DNA from: an uncultured Veillonellaceae bacterium
Lineage (GTDB): Bacteria > Bacillota > Negativicutes > JARBTT01
DNA length: 64,000 nucleotides
NCBI GenBank assembly: GCA_963805085.1
Contig: CAWDTA010000002.1
Location: 128,001 to 192,000, forward strand
Reading direction: 5' to 3'
The notes below the pieces were generated by a model, which ran no database searches, was not told the DNA's origin, and saw only the letters and a list, made by a program, of their open reading frames with translations. A program made the translations under genes and the position numbers. Shown piece by piece: positions 19,057 to 28,437 of this stretch; within the stretch, counting starts at the first letter, position 1; every line of letters begins with the position of its first letter.

Positions 19057-19242
19057 AGCAATCGCTACAATTATCTTATGTTTACCACTTGTTGTCCCTA
19101 CAGCTTTTTGTAGGTATGTACTAAAAATTTCAAGGTAGGTTTTCATTATGTTGGAGATATGTGGGAACCATATGTGGGAGACGAACGACCAGTCAGTCAT
19201 TCATTCGGAAGCGAACAATAAAATTGTTTCATTTGCTTCATG

Positions 19243-19665
19243 TTTACATAATTCTATAAACATTTTCTTTTTCCTGCTTTTAAATTCGTGTAATTTTTTC
19301 CATTGATCCTTGGATAACTAAAAGCAAATCATTATAAAATTAATTTTTAAGCATTGGTTTTATATTTACATAATTCTATAAAACTTGTCTTTTTCCTGCC
19401 GGCAAACTTGTGTAATGTTTTCCATCTAGATTTAAACATCCATCGGTCAATCATTGTAAAATGATTTCTTTAAGAATTCATTTTACGTTTACATAATTCT
19501 ATAAACATTTTCTTTTTCCTGCTTGTATATCTGTGTAATATTTTCCATAAACCACTGATTACCTAAGGATTAAGTATTTAAAACCAACTTTTAAGCATTA
19601 ATTTTATATTTACATAATTCTATATTTACGACGATTCTCCTTCTTTAAGTTCATGGTAATATACG
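19243..19665 (-). repeat. Four tandem ~122-bp units, each carrying a sigma-H-like promoter
   Basis: TTTACATAATTCTATA at 19243, 19365, 19488 and 19609; each unit has minus-strand AGGA-N17-GAAT. Confidence 0.85.
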
Positions 19666-19684
19666 GAAATATATTTATATCGGT

Positions 19685-19778
19685 AACTAAATTCATTCCA
19701 CTTGTAAACTAGTACTAAGATAGGTTGCCGGTTGGTGAGAAGTGCTCAGATGCAACCCGCGGCCTATCTGTCCATAGT
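19685..19778. mobile_element. Internally deleted, inverted copy of the element at 13040-13282
   Basis: Reverse complement matches ACTATGGACAGATAGGCCGCGGG and CATCTG..CTTCTC.CCAACCGGCAACCTATCTT...ACTAGTTTA.AAGTGG of the first copy. Confidence 0.75.
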
Positions 19779-19781
19779 TTT

Positions 19782-19831
19782 TGTTCAATAGAAAAGACGA
19801 GGAGCATTCTCCTCGTCTTTTCTATTGAACA
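19782..19831 (-). terminator. Perfect 23-bp stem terminator overlapping the DUF3084 stop codon
   Basis: TGTTCAATAGAAAAGACGAGGAG-catt-CTCCTCGTCTTTTCTATTGAACA. Confidence 0.7.
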
Positions 19832-20997
19832 TTCTTTATTTTCACATTAAGTCTGAGCGGCCCCACGGCATTTGTATCGGCCCCCGCTACAGCGGTAAGT
19901 TCCACTTTTCCATCTGCCGCTTCCAAAGCATTTACGATATCATAGAATTGTGAGCCACTCATTACGCCTATTGTCCCTTGAAGTGGATCGGGAATCATGC
20001 CTTTATTCACTGCAGTTGCATTTACTTTTTTAAGAAACTCAAGGACAATTTTCTCGGCATCTTTTTCTTTTATACTGACAGTCATAATTTCTTTATAAAC
20101 AATCTGGTTTTCTTTATAAACTTGTTTATTTGGATAGAGTTCAAGATTGACTCGAACTGGTTCTCCATAAACGATATTGGCCGCCGCAACGACCCGAACA
20201 ATCATTTCTTGGTTACTCTGGTTAATTTGTTGAACTACTTGATCAAATGCTTCTTTTGTGATCCATACTACATCTATATTCTCTTTTATACCAAGCCGCG
20301 ATAGAATCGTCTCATTTGCTGTATTTAAAATTCCAGTTACTTCTTCAATGTTTTTACTCTTATCTTCTACTGGATTGACGGTTCCAGTTACAATCACTTC
20401 ACCAGCACGATAGACGATATCGCCTTCTCGCACAAATTGAATCCCCTGATTCAATCTTTTTGTTAAAACATTCAGGCGCTCAATATCACTTTCGAGAACT
20501 TTTTGCTGCTCACTTAAACTAGCTACACGATCATCCAATTCTTTTTTAGTTTCTTCTAATGCATTGTTCTTGTCTTCCAATATACTTTTCTTGTTTTCTA
20601 ATTCTTGAATCTGCTCTTCTGATTTTTCACTAGCAATTCTGTAATCTTCTTTGGCTTTATCAAGTGCCGCAATTACTTCTTCACGTTCTGTATTTGCTTT
20701 AGCAAGATCAAACGTTACGGTTTGCAGATTATTTTCTGTTGCTTTGATTTGTTGGTTTAATTTTTCCATACCAAACAAGGCAACCCTAACATTTTTTGAG
20801 GTTAAAGCAAGAACGCCGAGCGTAGAGGAAGTGATGAGTATGCCTGTAATGATGGTAACAATAATAGATGTGTACTTTGGCCTTAGTCCAAAGATTGACA
20901 ACTTCTTTTTGCCAACCTTACTCCCTAGTTTATCGCCAATGTAAGCAATGGCTCCGCCCATAACAATTAATACTAGAATTAATACAACTCCATACAT
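19822..20997 (-). CDS. DUF3084 domain membrane coiled-coil protein
   Basis: GG.IAYIGD.LG.KVGKKKLS.FGLRPKYT signature, two TMs, long coiled coil; likely start MYGV at 20997. Confidence 0.85.
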   Translation of the reverse strand: MYGVVLILVLIVMGGAIAYIGDKLGSKVGKKKLSIFGLRPKYTSIIVTIITGILITSSTLGVLALTSKNVRVALFGMEKLNQQIKATENNLQTVTFDLAKANTEREEVIAALDKAKEDYRIASEKSEEQIQELENKKSILEDKNNALEETKKELDDRVASLSEQQKVLESDIERLNVLTKRLNQGIQFVREGDIVYRAGEVIVTGTVNPVEDKSKNIEEVTGILNTANETILSRLGIKENIDVVWITKEAFDQVVQQINQSNQEMIVRVVAAANIVYGEPVRVNLELYPNKQVYKENQIVYKEIMTVSIKEKDAEKIVLEFLKKVNATAVNKGMIPDPLQGTIGVMSGSQFYDIVNALEAADGKVELTAVAGADTNAVGPLRLNVKIKNVQ

Positions 20998-21114
20998 CGC
21001 TTGCTCTCCCTCCTCATAAAAATAGCCACAAAGTGTTATCATCGTACACAAAGGATAAAAACATCAATCCCCTTTGTCAACTTTATCCTCTTTGTGGCTC
21101 ATAACATATTTCAT

Positions 21115-22203
21115 TTATCTTGCTGCTTTACGGATCAATACAATACCAACAATCGTTCCTAATATATTTGGTATCCAAGATGCCAATAATGGGGGCAAAG
21201 CTCCACCTTGTCCTAAAGTACTGCAAATCGTCATAACGGTGTAATAGATAAAAATAACAATAATGCTAAGTCCAAAACCAATCGAGGAACTCGTCCGATT
21301 CGGCTGCAAACCTAACGGGACGCCAACTAAGGCAAATACAAAGCTTGCAAATGGAATCGTGATCTTTTTATACAGTTCTGATTCTAGTTTCTTGGTATTT
21401 ACCGATTGCTCTTTCAGCACTTTGATTTGATAGCGCAGGTCACGCATCGTCATTTCTTCAGGATCTTTTTGCTCTCTCATAAGTTTATTCGGATCTTTCT
21501 TTATTGGCAAAATTTGTTGCTGGAATTTTAGCGTACGTTGCACATTACCTTCTGCCGATAATTCATTCATCGTCCCTGTATACATTGTCCAATGATCAGT
21601 CGTCCAAGTAGCTTTTTCGGCATTTTGGACACGAACTAGTTTTCCATTTTCAAATTCTTGCACTGAAACACCATACATCGCTGTTGTTTCCGCATCATAA
21701 CGACGAGCATAGGTCAATCTTTCGATTTCTCCACCTGTAATTTCTTTTAGCACTAAGTGCTCTTGCGATTTTGGCGCAGTGTTGCCCTGAATCTCATAGA
21801 ACACAATATCATTATACGCTTGAGTCGCTCGTGGCACTACATGTTCATTAAATAAAATCGCAAAAATACTAACAAAGAGAGCAATAAAAAATACGGGTGT
21901 AGCAATACGATAAAAACTAATCCCACCAGATTTCATTGCAGTAATTTCACTTGATGCTGATAGTCTACCAAATGACAATAACGTTGCTAGAAGCATTGAC
22001 ATTGGAAAAGTCAATACAATGATACTGGGTAAACTATAAACAAATAGTTTGATGACAGCTTGAGTTGATGCCCCGTATTGTGTTACATATTGCGCTATTC
22101 TAAACAAGGTACTAGACCCGATAAAAACACTGGAGAAAGCAAAAATGCCAAAAACAAAAGTTCCTACCATTTCTTGCATTATATATCTATCTAAAATCCG
22201 CAT
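21115..22203 (-). CDS. lptF: LptF/LptG family LPS export permease
   Basis: MRILDRYI, SEITAMKSGGIS, P.A..VFAL.GVPLG, LASW.PN; the only LptF/G paralogue in the window. Confidence 0.88.
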   Translation of the reverse strand: MRILDRYIMQEMVGTFVFGIFAFSSVFIGSSTLFRIAQYVTQYGASTQAVIKLFVYSLPSIIVLTFPMSMLLATLLSFGRLSASSEITAMKSGGISFYRIATPVFFIALFVSIFAILFNEHVVPRATQAYNDIVFYEIQGNTAPKSQEHLVLKEITGGEIERLTYARRYDAETTAMYGVSVQEFENGKLVRVQNAEKATWTTDHWTMYTGTMNELSAEGNVQRTLKFQQQILPIKKDPNKLMREQKDPEEMTMRDLRYQIKVLKEQSVNTKKLESELYKKITIPFASFVFALVGVPLGLQPNRTSSSIGFGLSIIVIFIYYTVMTICSTLGQGGALPPLLASWIPNILGTIVGIVLIRKAAR

Positions 22204-22214
22204 TCTATATCTCC

Positions 22215-22934
22215 CTATAACGTAAAGTTTTCGCCTAGATAGAACTTCTTGGCTATTTCACTATTGGCAATCGTATCGCTATCGCCCTCTAAAAGTATTT
22301 TCCCTTGATTTAGTATATAAGCACGGTCAACAATACTGAGTGTTTCTCGTACATTATGGTCAGTGATTAGTATCCCAATGCCACGTTTACGCAGATAAGC
22401 AATGATTTCCTGAATATCCGCCACAGCAATTGGGTCAACACCGGCAAAGGGCTCATCAAGCAAAATAAAACTCGGATCTGTTGCCAAACAACGCGCAATT
22501 TCTACCCGACGACGTTCGCCACCAGAAAGCTCAGTTCCCTTACGACTACGTACATGTTCAACATGAAATTCTTTTAAGAGGCTTTCCATTTTAGCATGAC
22601 GTTCTTGCTTGGATAAATTGGTCGTTTCTAAAATAGCCATCAGATTTTTTTCTACGGTCAACTTACGAAAAATAGATGCTTCTTGCGCCAGATAACCAAT
22701 CCCATAAGCGGAACGATGATACATTGGCATCTCAGTCACATCATCATTTTCAATCAAGACTTGCCCCTTAGTGGGTTGTTCAAGCCCAACAATCATATAA
22801 AACGTAGTGGTCTTACCAGCACCATTCGGTCCAAGCAACCCAACAATTTCACCTTTTTCTACTCTCAAAGATACTCCATCGACAACATTTCGCTTATTAT
22901 AAGTTTTTATTAAGTTTTTTGCTTCTATAAACAT
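22215..22934 (-). CDS. lptB: LPS export ABC ATPase
   Basis: [50 protein letters not shown]. Confidence 0.95.
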   Translation of the reverse strand: MFIEAKNLIKTYNKRNVVDGVSLRVEKGEIVGLLGPNGAGKTTTFYMIVGLEQPTKGQVLIENDDVTEMPMYHRSAYGIGYLAQEASIFRKLTVEKNLMAILETTNLSKQERHAKMESLLKEFHVEHVRSRKGTELSGGERRRVEIARCLATDPSFILLDEPFAGVDPIAVADIQEIIAYLRKRGIGILITDHNVRETLSIVDRAYILNQGKILLEGDSDTIANSEIAKKFYLGENFTL

Positions 22935-22961
22935 CTTCTTGCCTCATTTCGAGGTTTATTT

Positions 22962-23663
22962 TTATTCCGGTTGGACAACGACTTGTTTACCTGATACTGG
23001 CGTATCACTTAGAAATAGTGTCAATGTTTTGCCGCGTAGCGTATTACTATCTTGCACAGCGACTGCATTGCCTGAAAGAACAATCTTACCTCGCTGATCT
23101 TCGCCACCATAATAAGTTGCAACATCTCCTGTTGCATCTAAATTTTTAGTTTGACTAACAATATGCGCATTTCCTGTTCCTACGGCACGATTTTCTGCCA
23201 TATAAGCTTCTAACTTATCAGCGGTCATCGTTCCATCTGGATTGACGATACGCGCATTAGAATTAATTATAGCATATTGTCTGTCACTAAAATAGTCCAC
23301 TTGTGGACCATATAACGTACTTTCAGCTTTTTTCATTATAACATTGCCGACAGCAACGATATGGTTTTCATCAAGTGATGTTACGCTATCAGAAGTCATA
23401 TCAAGATCTTCTTTTACCAAATGAGCACCACCAAGTACTTTACCCTCTTTGGTTTTGGAATTATATTCTGCTCTCGCCCCAGTTACAATAGCATTTTCTT
23501 GCAACATTTTTACCGAACCCGTAGCTTTCATTAACCCTGTCGAGGAATCGTACTCAATGACATCACCAGAAATGTCTACTGGTTTATCGCTTGCTGCATA
23601 TATCGTGCTTGTCATTGCTAGACAAATCATGCCAGTCAATGCAAATTTTTTTAACTTCATCAT
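22962..23663 (-). CDS. lptA: LptA/OstA family periplasmic protein
   Basis: Signal peptide, repeated beta-jellyroll strands, located between lptC and lptB. Confidence 0.8.
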   Translation of the reverse strand: MMKLKKFALTGMICLAMTSTIYAASDKPVDISGDVIEYDSSTGLMKATGSVKMLQENAIVTGARAEYNSKTKEGKVLGGAHLVKEDLDMTSDSVTSLDENHIVAVGNVIMKKAESTLYGPQVDYFSDRQYAIINSNARIVNPDGTMTADKLEAYMAENRAVGTGNAHIVSQTKNLDATGDVATYYGGEDQRGKIVLSGNAVAVQDSNTLRGKTLTLFLSDTPVSGKQVVVQPE

Positions 23664-24214
23664 TATTTTGCTCCTCCCTTAACGATATGGGCATTACCAG
23701 TTACTTTCACTTTGATAAAGCCAGCATCACTTTCTAGTTTATCACCTGTTAAAACGGTATCTTCACGTGTGACAATCACATTTCCTTCGCCAAGAAATAG
23801 TTGTTTTTCCCCTTGCCAGAATACAGTTTTTGCCTGAAAGGTTGCACCATCACTAGTTTTTGCATTCACTTGATCACTAATGGTAATATCTCTGGTCTTA
23901 TTATCAAAAATTGCTTGTGGTGCTGTTAGTGTCACAGTTTGACCGTTTTCCTGATAAAAAATGCCTTGGATATTTTTCAATACTGTATTTTTCGTAACAG
24001 GATCTATTTCAATCGTTTCCGCCGTTAAATCCCAAATCTTTTTACCATCTTTTTCCTCGCTGAGGGTATTTCCTGCGTAAGACATAGCCATTGGCTTTTC
24101 TTCAGCTTTTTGATTTTGATCCGGCAGATGAATTTCTTCAGAAAAAGCCCAATACAATACCCCTGTAACAGCAATAATAACCGCTGCAATTAAACCAATT
24201 ATTTGTTTATTCAT
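23663..24214 (-). CDS. lptC: LPS export protein LptC
   Basis: N-terminal TM, G...W.L.A jellyroll pattern, synteny. Confidence 0.82.
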   Translation of the reverse strand: MNKQIIGLIAAVIIAVTGVLYWAFSEEIHLPDQNQKAEEKPMAMSYAGNTLSEEKDGKKIWDLTAETIEIDPVTKNTVLKNIQGIFYQENGQTVTLTAPQAIFDNKTRDITISDQVNAKTSDGATFQAKTVFWQGEKQLFLGEGNVIVTREDTVLTGDKLESDAGFIKVKVTGNAHIVKGGAK

Positions 24215-25115
24215 GCTCCACCTTATCTTTCGTGGTATGTTTTTGCTTTTTCATTTCTAGTGTTGTATTCCAACGTTTTTGGAACCACAGCCATTGCGTA
24301 GGATATTCTTTAATGGTATTTTCAATAATTCGTGTCAATCTTACCGTAAAATCATATAAATCTTGTTCTTCATTGCCATTGTCTTGATAGTATAATGGCT
24401 CATGAATCAAAACTTTATGCTTGCCATCGCTCTTACGGATGATAAAGCAGGGAACCACTGGTGACTTGAAACGTTTTGCAAATACAGCGGGTCCTAATGG
24501 AGTCGAAGCCGGCTTACCAAGAAAATCAATAAATGCTCCACTTGGTCCTGCATCTTGATCTGCTAAAAAGCCCAGCGATTTTCCTTTTTTTAAAGCCTTT
24601 GCCGCACCAATGAGCTCTGTTGTTCCTCGAGAAAATACTTCTACCCCTACCATTTCACGATATTCATTTAAAAGAACTGTATGTTGATCATTCGGCTGAC
24701 GTTTGATAATCGCTGTTAATGGAATATCGGAAAAAGTAAGTGCTGCTGACAGCCATTCCCAATTGCCAACATGTGCTGTTAATATCACAACACCATTGCC
24801 TTCTGCTAGTGCATTTTTAAATCTGTCAATATGTTCAACTTCCATATAGTCCGTAAAATTTTGACGATTTAAATTTGGCATATACATGATTTCTAAAAAA
24901 GTTCTGCCTATATTGATAAACGAATCCCTACAAATCTCACTTGCTTTTTCCTTTGAAACTTGTAAACTTTTCATCATTTGTTCAATTGCCCGCTTACGTT
25001 GTTTTGCGGCAATTTGATAATAGAGGCTACCTAAAATTTTGCCCAACCATAGTAATACACTATGTGGCAATAGACACAATACCCAACTAATAAATTTTAA
25101 AAATCTATATTGCAT
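24207..25115 (-). CDS. lpxL: Lipid A late acyltransferase (HtrB/LpxL family)
   Basis: TAHVGNWE, LADQDAG, F.GKPASTP.GPA, QWLWFQKRW; likely start MQYR at 25115. Confidence 0.85.
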   Translation of the reverse strand: MQYRFLKFISWVLCLLPHSVLLWLGKILGSLYYQIAAKQRKRAIEQMMKSLQVSKEKASEICRDSFINIGRTFLEIMYMPNLNRQNFTDYMEVEHIDRFKNALAEGNGVVILTAHVGNWEWLSAALTFSDIPLTAIIKRQPNDQHTVLLNEYREMVGVEVFSRGTTELIGAAKALKKGKSLGFLADQDAGPSGAFIDFLGKPASTPLGPAVFAKRFKSPVVPCFIIRKSDGKHKVLIHEPLYYQDNGNEEQDLYDFTVRLTRIIENTIKEYPTQWLWFQKRWNTTLEMKKQKHTTKDKVEHE

Positions 25116-25152
25116 ATATCGCCATCCCTTTCGATCATAAACGAATGATTTT

Positions 25153-25183
25153 AAATAACCCACTTAATTTAAGTGGGTTATTT
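25153..25183. terminator. Hairpin between kdsC and the acyltransferase gene
   Basis: AAATAACCCACTTA / TAAGTGGGTTATTT perfect inverted repeat. Confidence 0.55.
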
Positions 25184-25215
25184 CTATATTATATACTAAA
25201 TTTAATAAAATTGCA

Positions 25216-25764
25216 TTATTGCTGAATTCCTTTAATTGGTTTGAGATTAATATAGGACAAAAGAATGTCTTCCCACTTACCTTGCGCTTTTAAAATAAAC
25301 TCAGCAATTTCACGCACGCCACCATTTCCGCCTTCGGCTTTAGAGATATAATGCGCTCTTTCTTTTACTTCTGCAACTGCATTATGTACAGCACAAGCAA
25401 AACCTACTTTTAACAGAATAGGTAAATCAAGTAAATCATCACCGACATAAGCCATTTCGTCTAAAGACAGCTTGTGTTTTTTTTGCAATTCTTCAAGAGC
25501 ATCAAGTTTATTATTGGATCCTTGATAAACATCGGTAATTTTTAATTCTTGACTGCGAATATTGACAATATCAGATTTGCGCCCCGTAATAATAGCAGTC
25601 TTTATCCCCGCATTATGCAGTAAAGAAATCCCCATTCCATCATGGACATCGAAACTTTTAAAGGATTCACCATTTGCACTAAAAAAAAGTTTTCCGCTCG
25701 TTAAAACGCCATCTACATCAAAAATAATCAATTTAATTTTACTGGCTCTGGCCACAAATTCCAT
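25216..25764 (-). CDS. kdsC: Kdo 8-phosphate phosphatase (HAD family)
   Basis: FDVDGVLT, F.V.DG.GI, VGDD..D, GG.G.VRE. Confidence 0.93.
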   Translation of the reverse strand: MEFVARASKIKLIIFDVDGVLTSGKLFFSANGESFKSFDVHDGMGISLLHNAGIKTAIITGRKSDIVNIRSQELKITDVYQGSNNKLDALEELQKKHKLSLDEMAYVGDDLLDLPILLKVGFACAVHNAVAEVKERAHYISKAEGGNGGVREIAEFILKAQGKWEDILLSYINLKPIKGIQQ

Positions 25765-26732
25765 TAAACCACCCCTTGACGTAGAAGATCCGTAAGATGA
25801 AGAATACCGATCGGCTTATTTTCTTTATCCACAACTGGCAACACCGTAATCGGGCGTGGTTTATGTTTTTCCATAATACTAAGTGCTTCAGCAGCCATTT
25901 TTTCTTTTGAAATTGTTTTTGGTGCCTTCGTCATTAATTTTTCTGCGGATTCATCAAGGAACTTATGACCGTTTTCTAAGCTGCGTCTAATATCACCATC
26001 GGTAATAATACCAACCAATTTACCGTTTCCATCCACAACTGAAGTTGCCCCAAGCCCTTTCGAAGTCATGGTAAAAATAGCTTCTTTGGCTGTTTTTGTA
26101 ATATCAATTACAGGATTGTCCTTCCCTGAATGCATAACGTGTTCTACAGTCAAGAGTAATTTTCTTCCCAATGCTCCACCAGGATGGAACACAGCAAAAT
26201 CTTTTGCTGTAAAATTGCGTTCCGATAATAATGCAATGGCCATTGCATCACCCATTGCTAGTGTTGCCGTAGTGCTTGCCGTTGGCGCAAGGCCAAGTGG
26301 GCAGGCTTCTTTTTCTACACTGATATCAATAAAGATTTCAGCATTTTTACCTAATGTTGATTCTCGGCATCCACTCATTGCAATAATCGTAGCACCTATA
26401 CGCTTAATAATCGGTAAAATGTTCACTACTTCTAAACTCTCACCACTATTAGAAATTGCCACTACAACATCATTACAGGTTACCATCCCTAAATCACCAT
26501 GGAATGCTTCGGCTGGATGCATGAAAAAAGACGGTGTTCCCGTACTAGCAAAGCTAGCCGCCATTTTTTTACCTATATGTCCAGATTTGCCCATGCCAGT
26601 TACTACGACTCTACCTTGACACTCAAGAATCGTATGAATCGCTTGAATAAATTCATCGTTGATACGTGGAATCAGTGCTTTCACTGCATCCGCTTCAATC
26701 GTCAATACCTCAACTGCTTTTTCTATAATCAC
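25764..26732 (-). CDS. kdsD: Arabinose-5-phosphate isomerase (KpsF/GutQ; SIS plus CBS domains)
   Basis: GMGKSGHIG, HPAEA.HGDLG, EACPLGLAPT.ST, FHPGG.LG; likely GTG start at 26732. Confidence 0.93.
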   Translation of the reverse strand: MIIEKAVEVLTIEADAVKALIPRINDEFIQAIHTILECQGRVVVTGMGKSGHIGKKMAASFASTGTPSFFMHPAEAFHGDLGMVTCNDVVVAISNSGESLEVVNILPIIKRIGATIIAMSGCRESTLGKNAEIFIDISVEKEACPLGLAPTASTTATLAMGDAMAIALLSERNFTAKDFAVFHPGGALGRKLLLTVEHVMHSGKDNPVIDITKTAKEAIFTMTSKGLGATSVVDGNGKLVGIITDGDIRRSLENGHKFLDESAEKLMTKAPKTISKEKMAAEALSIMEKHKPRPITVLPVVDKENKPIGILHLTDLLRQGVV

Positions 26733-26792
26733 AAAATTTCCCCTCTTCTCGTTCACTAAGAAATCTTATTTTCTATAAATTGAATCAAAACT

Positions 26793-27617
26793 TTATTTAT
26801 GTTTGCGCACGATTTTATCAATTGCTAAGGCATCTTTTAAAATATCTTCAAGTTTATCTAAATATACCATATTGGGTCCATCACAAAGTGCTTCTTCTGG
26901 GTTATCATGAACTTCCATAAATAGTGCATCTACCCCAACCCCAACGGCTGCCCTTGTCAAATATTCTACATATTCACGATTACCTGCGGAACTTGTGCCT
27001 GCACCGCCAGGAAGTTGTACGCTATGCGTTGCGTCGAAAACTACTGGATAGCCAAAGGAACGCATAATTGGAAAACTACGCATATCGACCACAAGATTAT
27101 TGTAACCAAAGGTTGCCCCACGCTCTGTGAGCATGATATTTTCATTACCACCTTCGCGGAGTTTATCAATGACATTTTTCATATCGTTAGGCGACATAAA
27201 TTGGCCTTTTTTCACATTGATTGCTTTACCCGACTTAGCTGCCGCATATAACAAATCCGTCTGTCTACAAAGAAATGCAGGAATTTGTAATAAATCAATC
27301 ACCTTTGAAGCCTCTTCAATTTGCGTTGAACAGTGAATATCACTAACCACTGGTACTTGTAAATCATCTTTAATTATTTTTAAAATTTTTAATCCTTCTT
27401 CTAAGCCCGGCCCACGAAAGCCAGCATACGAAGAACGATTTGCTTTATCAAAAGAAGCTTTGAAAATATAAGGAATTCCTAAACGCGATGTAATTGCTTT
27501 AATTTCACGGCCAATTTTCAAACTCCGTTCTAAGCCTTCAATCACACAAGGACCAGCAAGCAATGCTAGTGGTTGTCCAGCACCAATTTTTACGTTACTA
27601 ATATTAATTGTATTCAT
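26793..27617 (-). CDS. kdsA: Kdo 8-phosphate synthase
   Basis: [35 protein letters not shown]. Confidence 0.97.
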   Translation of the reverse strand: MNTINISNVKIGAGQPLALLAGPCVIEGLERSLKIGREIKAITSRLGIPYIFKASFDKANRSSYAGFRGPGLEEGLKILKIIKDDLQVPVVSDIHCSTQIEEASKVIDLLQIPAFLCRQTDLLYAAAKSGKAINVKKGQFMSPNDMKNVIDKLREGGNENIMLTERGATFGYNNLVVDMRSFPIMRSFGYPVVFDATHSVQLPGGAGTSSAGNREYVEYLTRAAVGVGVDALFMEVHDNPEEALCDGPNMVYLDKLEDILKDALAIDKIVRKHK

Positions 27618-27658
27618 AGTTACCTCTCTTTTAAATTAATCATAATATCGAAAATACC

Positions 27659-28396
27659 TTAGTTCTTTACTTCAAGTTTTTTGTAAATGTCATTGACTCT
27701 AACTAAATCTTCTTGTGTATCAACGCCAACAAAACTGAACATCGTTTTCAAAACTTTAATTTTATAACCATTTTCTAATGCGCGCAATTGCTCTAACGAT
27801 TCTGTGCTTTCAAGCGGTGTTGGCTGCATTGCCGCATATTTTAATAAAAAGTCACGACGATAAGCATAAATACCAATATGTTTGTACACTGGCACATTGT
27901 TATCATTACGGGGATATGGCAATAAGGACCGTGAGAAGTATAAAGCATAGCCATTTAAGTCAGTGACTACTTTAACATTATTGGGGTTATTCTTTTCTTC
28001 TTCTTGGATTGGTGTCATAACAGTCGCCATATTAAGCTCACTATCTCTAGTAAAAGCTTCCGCTAATTCATCAATAATACTTGGCTCGATGAGTGGTTCA
28101 TCTCCTTGCACATTGATAATAACGTCAATATCGGTATATTTTCTCGCGACTTCCGCTAAACGGTCTGTTCCGGTTGGATGATCTGGTGATGTCATCATTA
28201 CATGTCCATTAAAACTCTCAACGGCCTTCAATACTGCATCATGATCAGTCGCAACCAGTACCTCTGTTGGCTTTGTTGCTAATTGTGCACGTTCATAGAC
28301 ACGCTGAATCATTGGCTTACCGGCAATATCTGCTAGTGGCTTGCCTGGCAACCTGGTTGAGGAATAACGCGCTGGTATCACACATAAAATTTTCAT
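27659..28396 (-). CDS. kdsB: CMP-Kdo synthetase
   Basis: IPARY.STRLPGKPL, NVQGDEP, LYFSR, LEQLR. Confidence 0.97.
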   Translation of the reverse strand: MKILCVIPARYSSTRLPGKPLADIAGKPMIQRVYERAQLATKPTEVLVATDHDAVLKAVESFNGHVMMTSPDHPTGTDRLAEVARKYTDIDVIINVQGDEPLIEPSIIDELAEAFTRDSELNMATVMTPIQEEEKNNPNNVKVVTDLNGYALYFSRSLLPYPRNDNNVPVYKHIGIYAYRRDFLLKYAAMQPTPLESTESLEQLRALENGYKIKVLKTMFSFVGVDTQEDLVRVNDIYKKLEVKN

Positions 28397-28437
28397 TTAT
28401 CTTCCTCCTATACACTATAAAATAATGAGCTGCACTT

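Noticed and set aside
19243-19665. CRISPR array
   Set aside because: The period is ~122 bp, the intervening sequences are homologous to each other rather than unique spacers, and there are no cas genes in the window.
21025-21099. Long imperfect hairpin (AGCCACAAAG...CTTTGTGGCT) sharing its core with 11930-11975
   Set aside because: Only an 8-bp arm is shared, and both are adequately explained as ordinary 3' hairpins or terminators.
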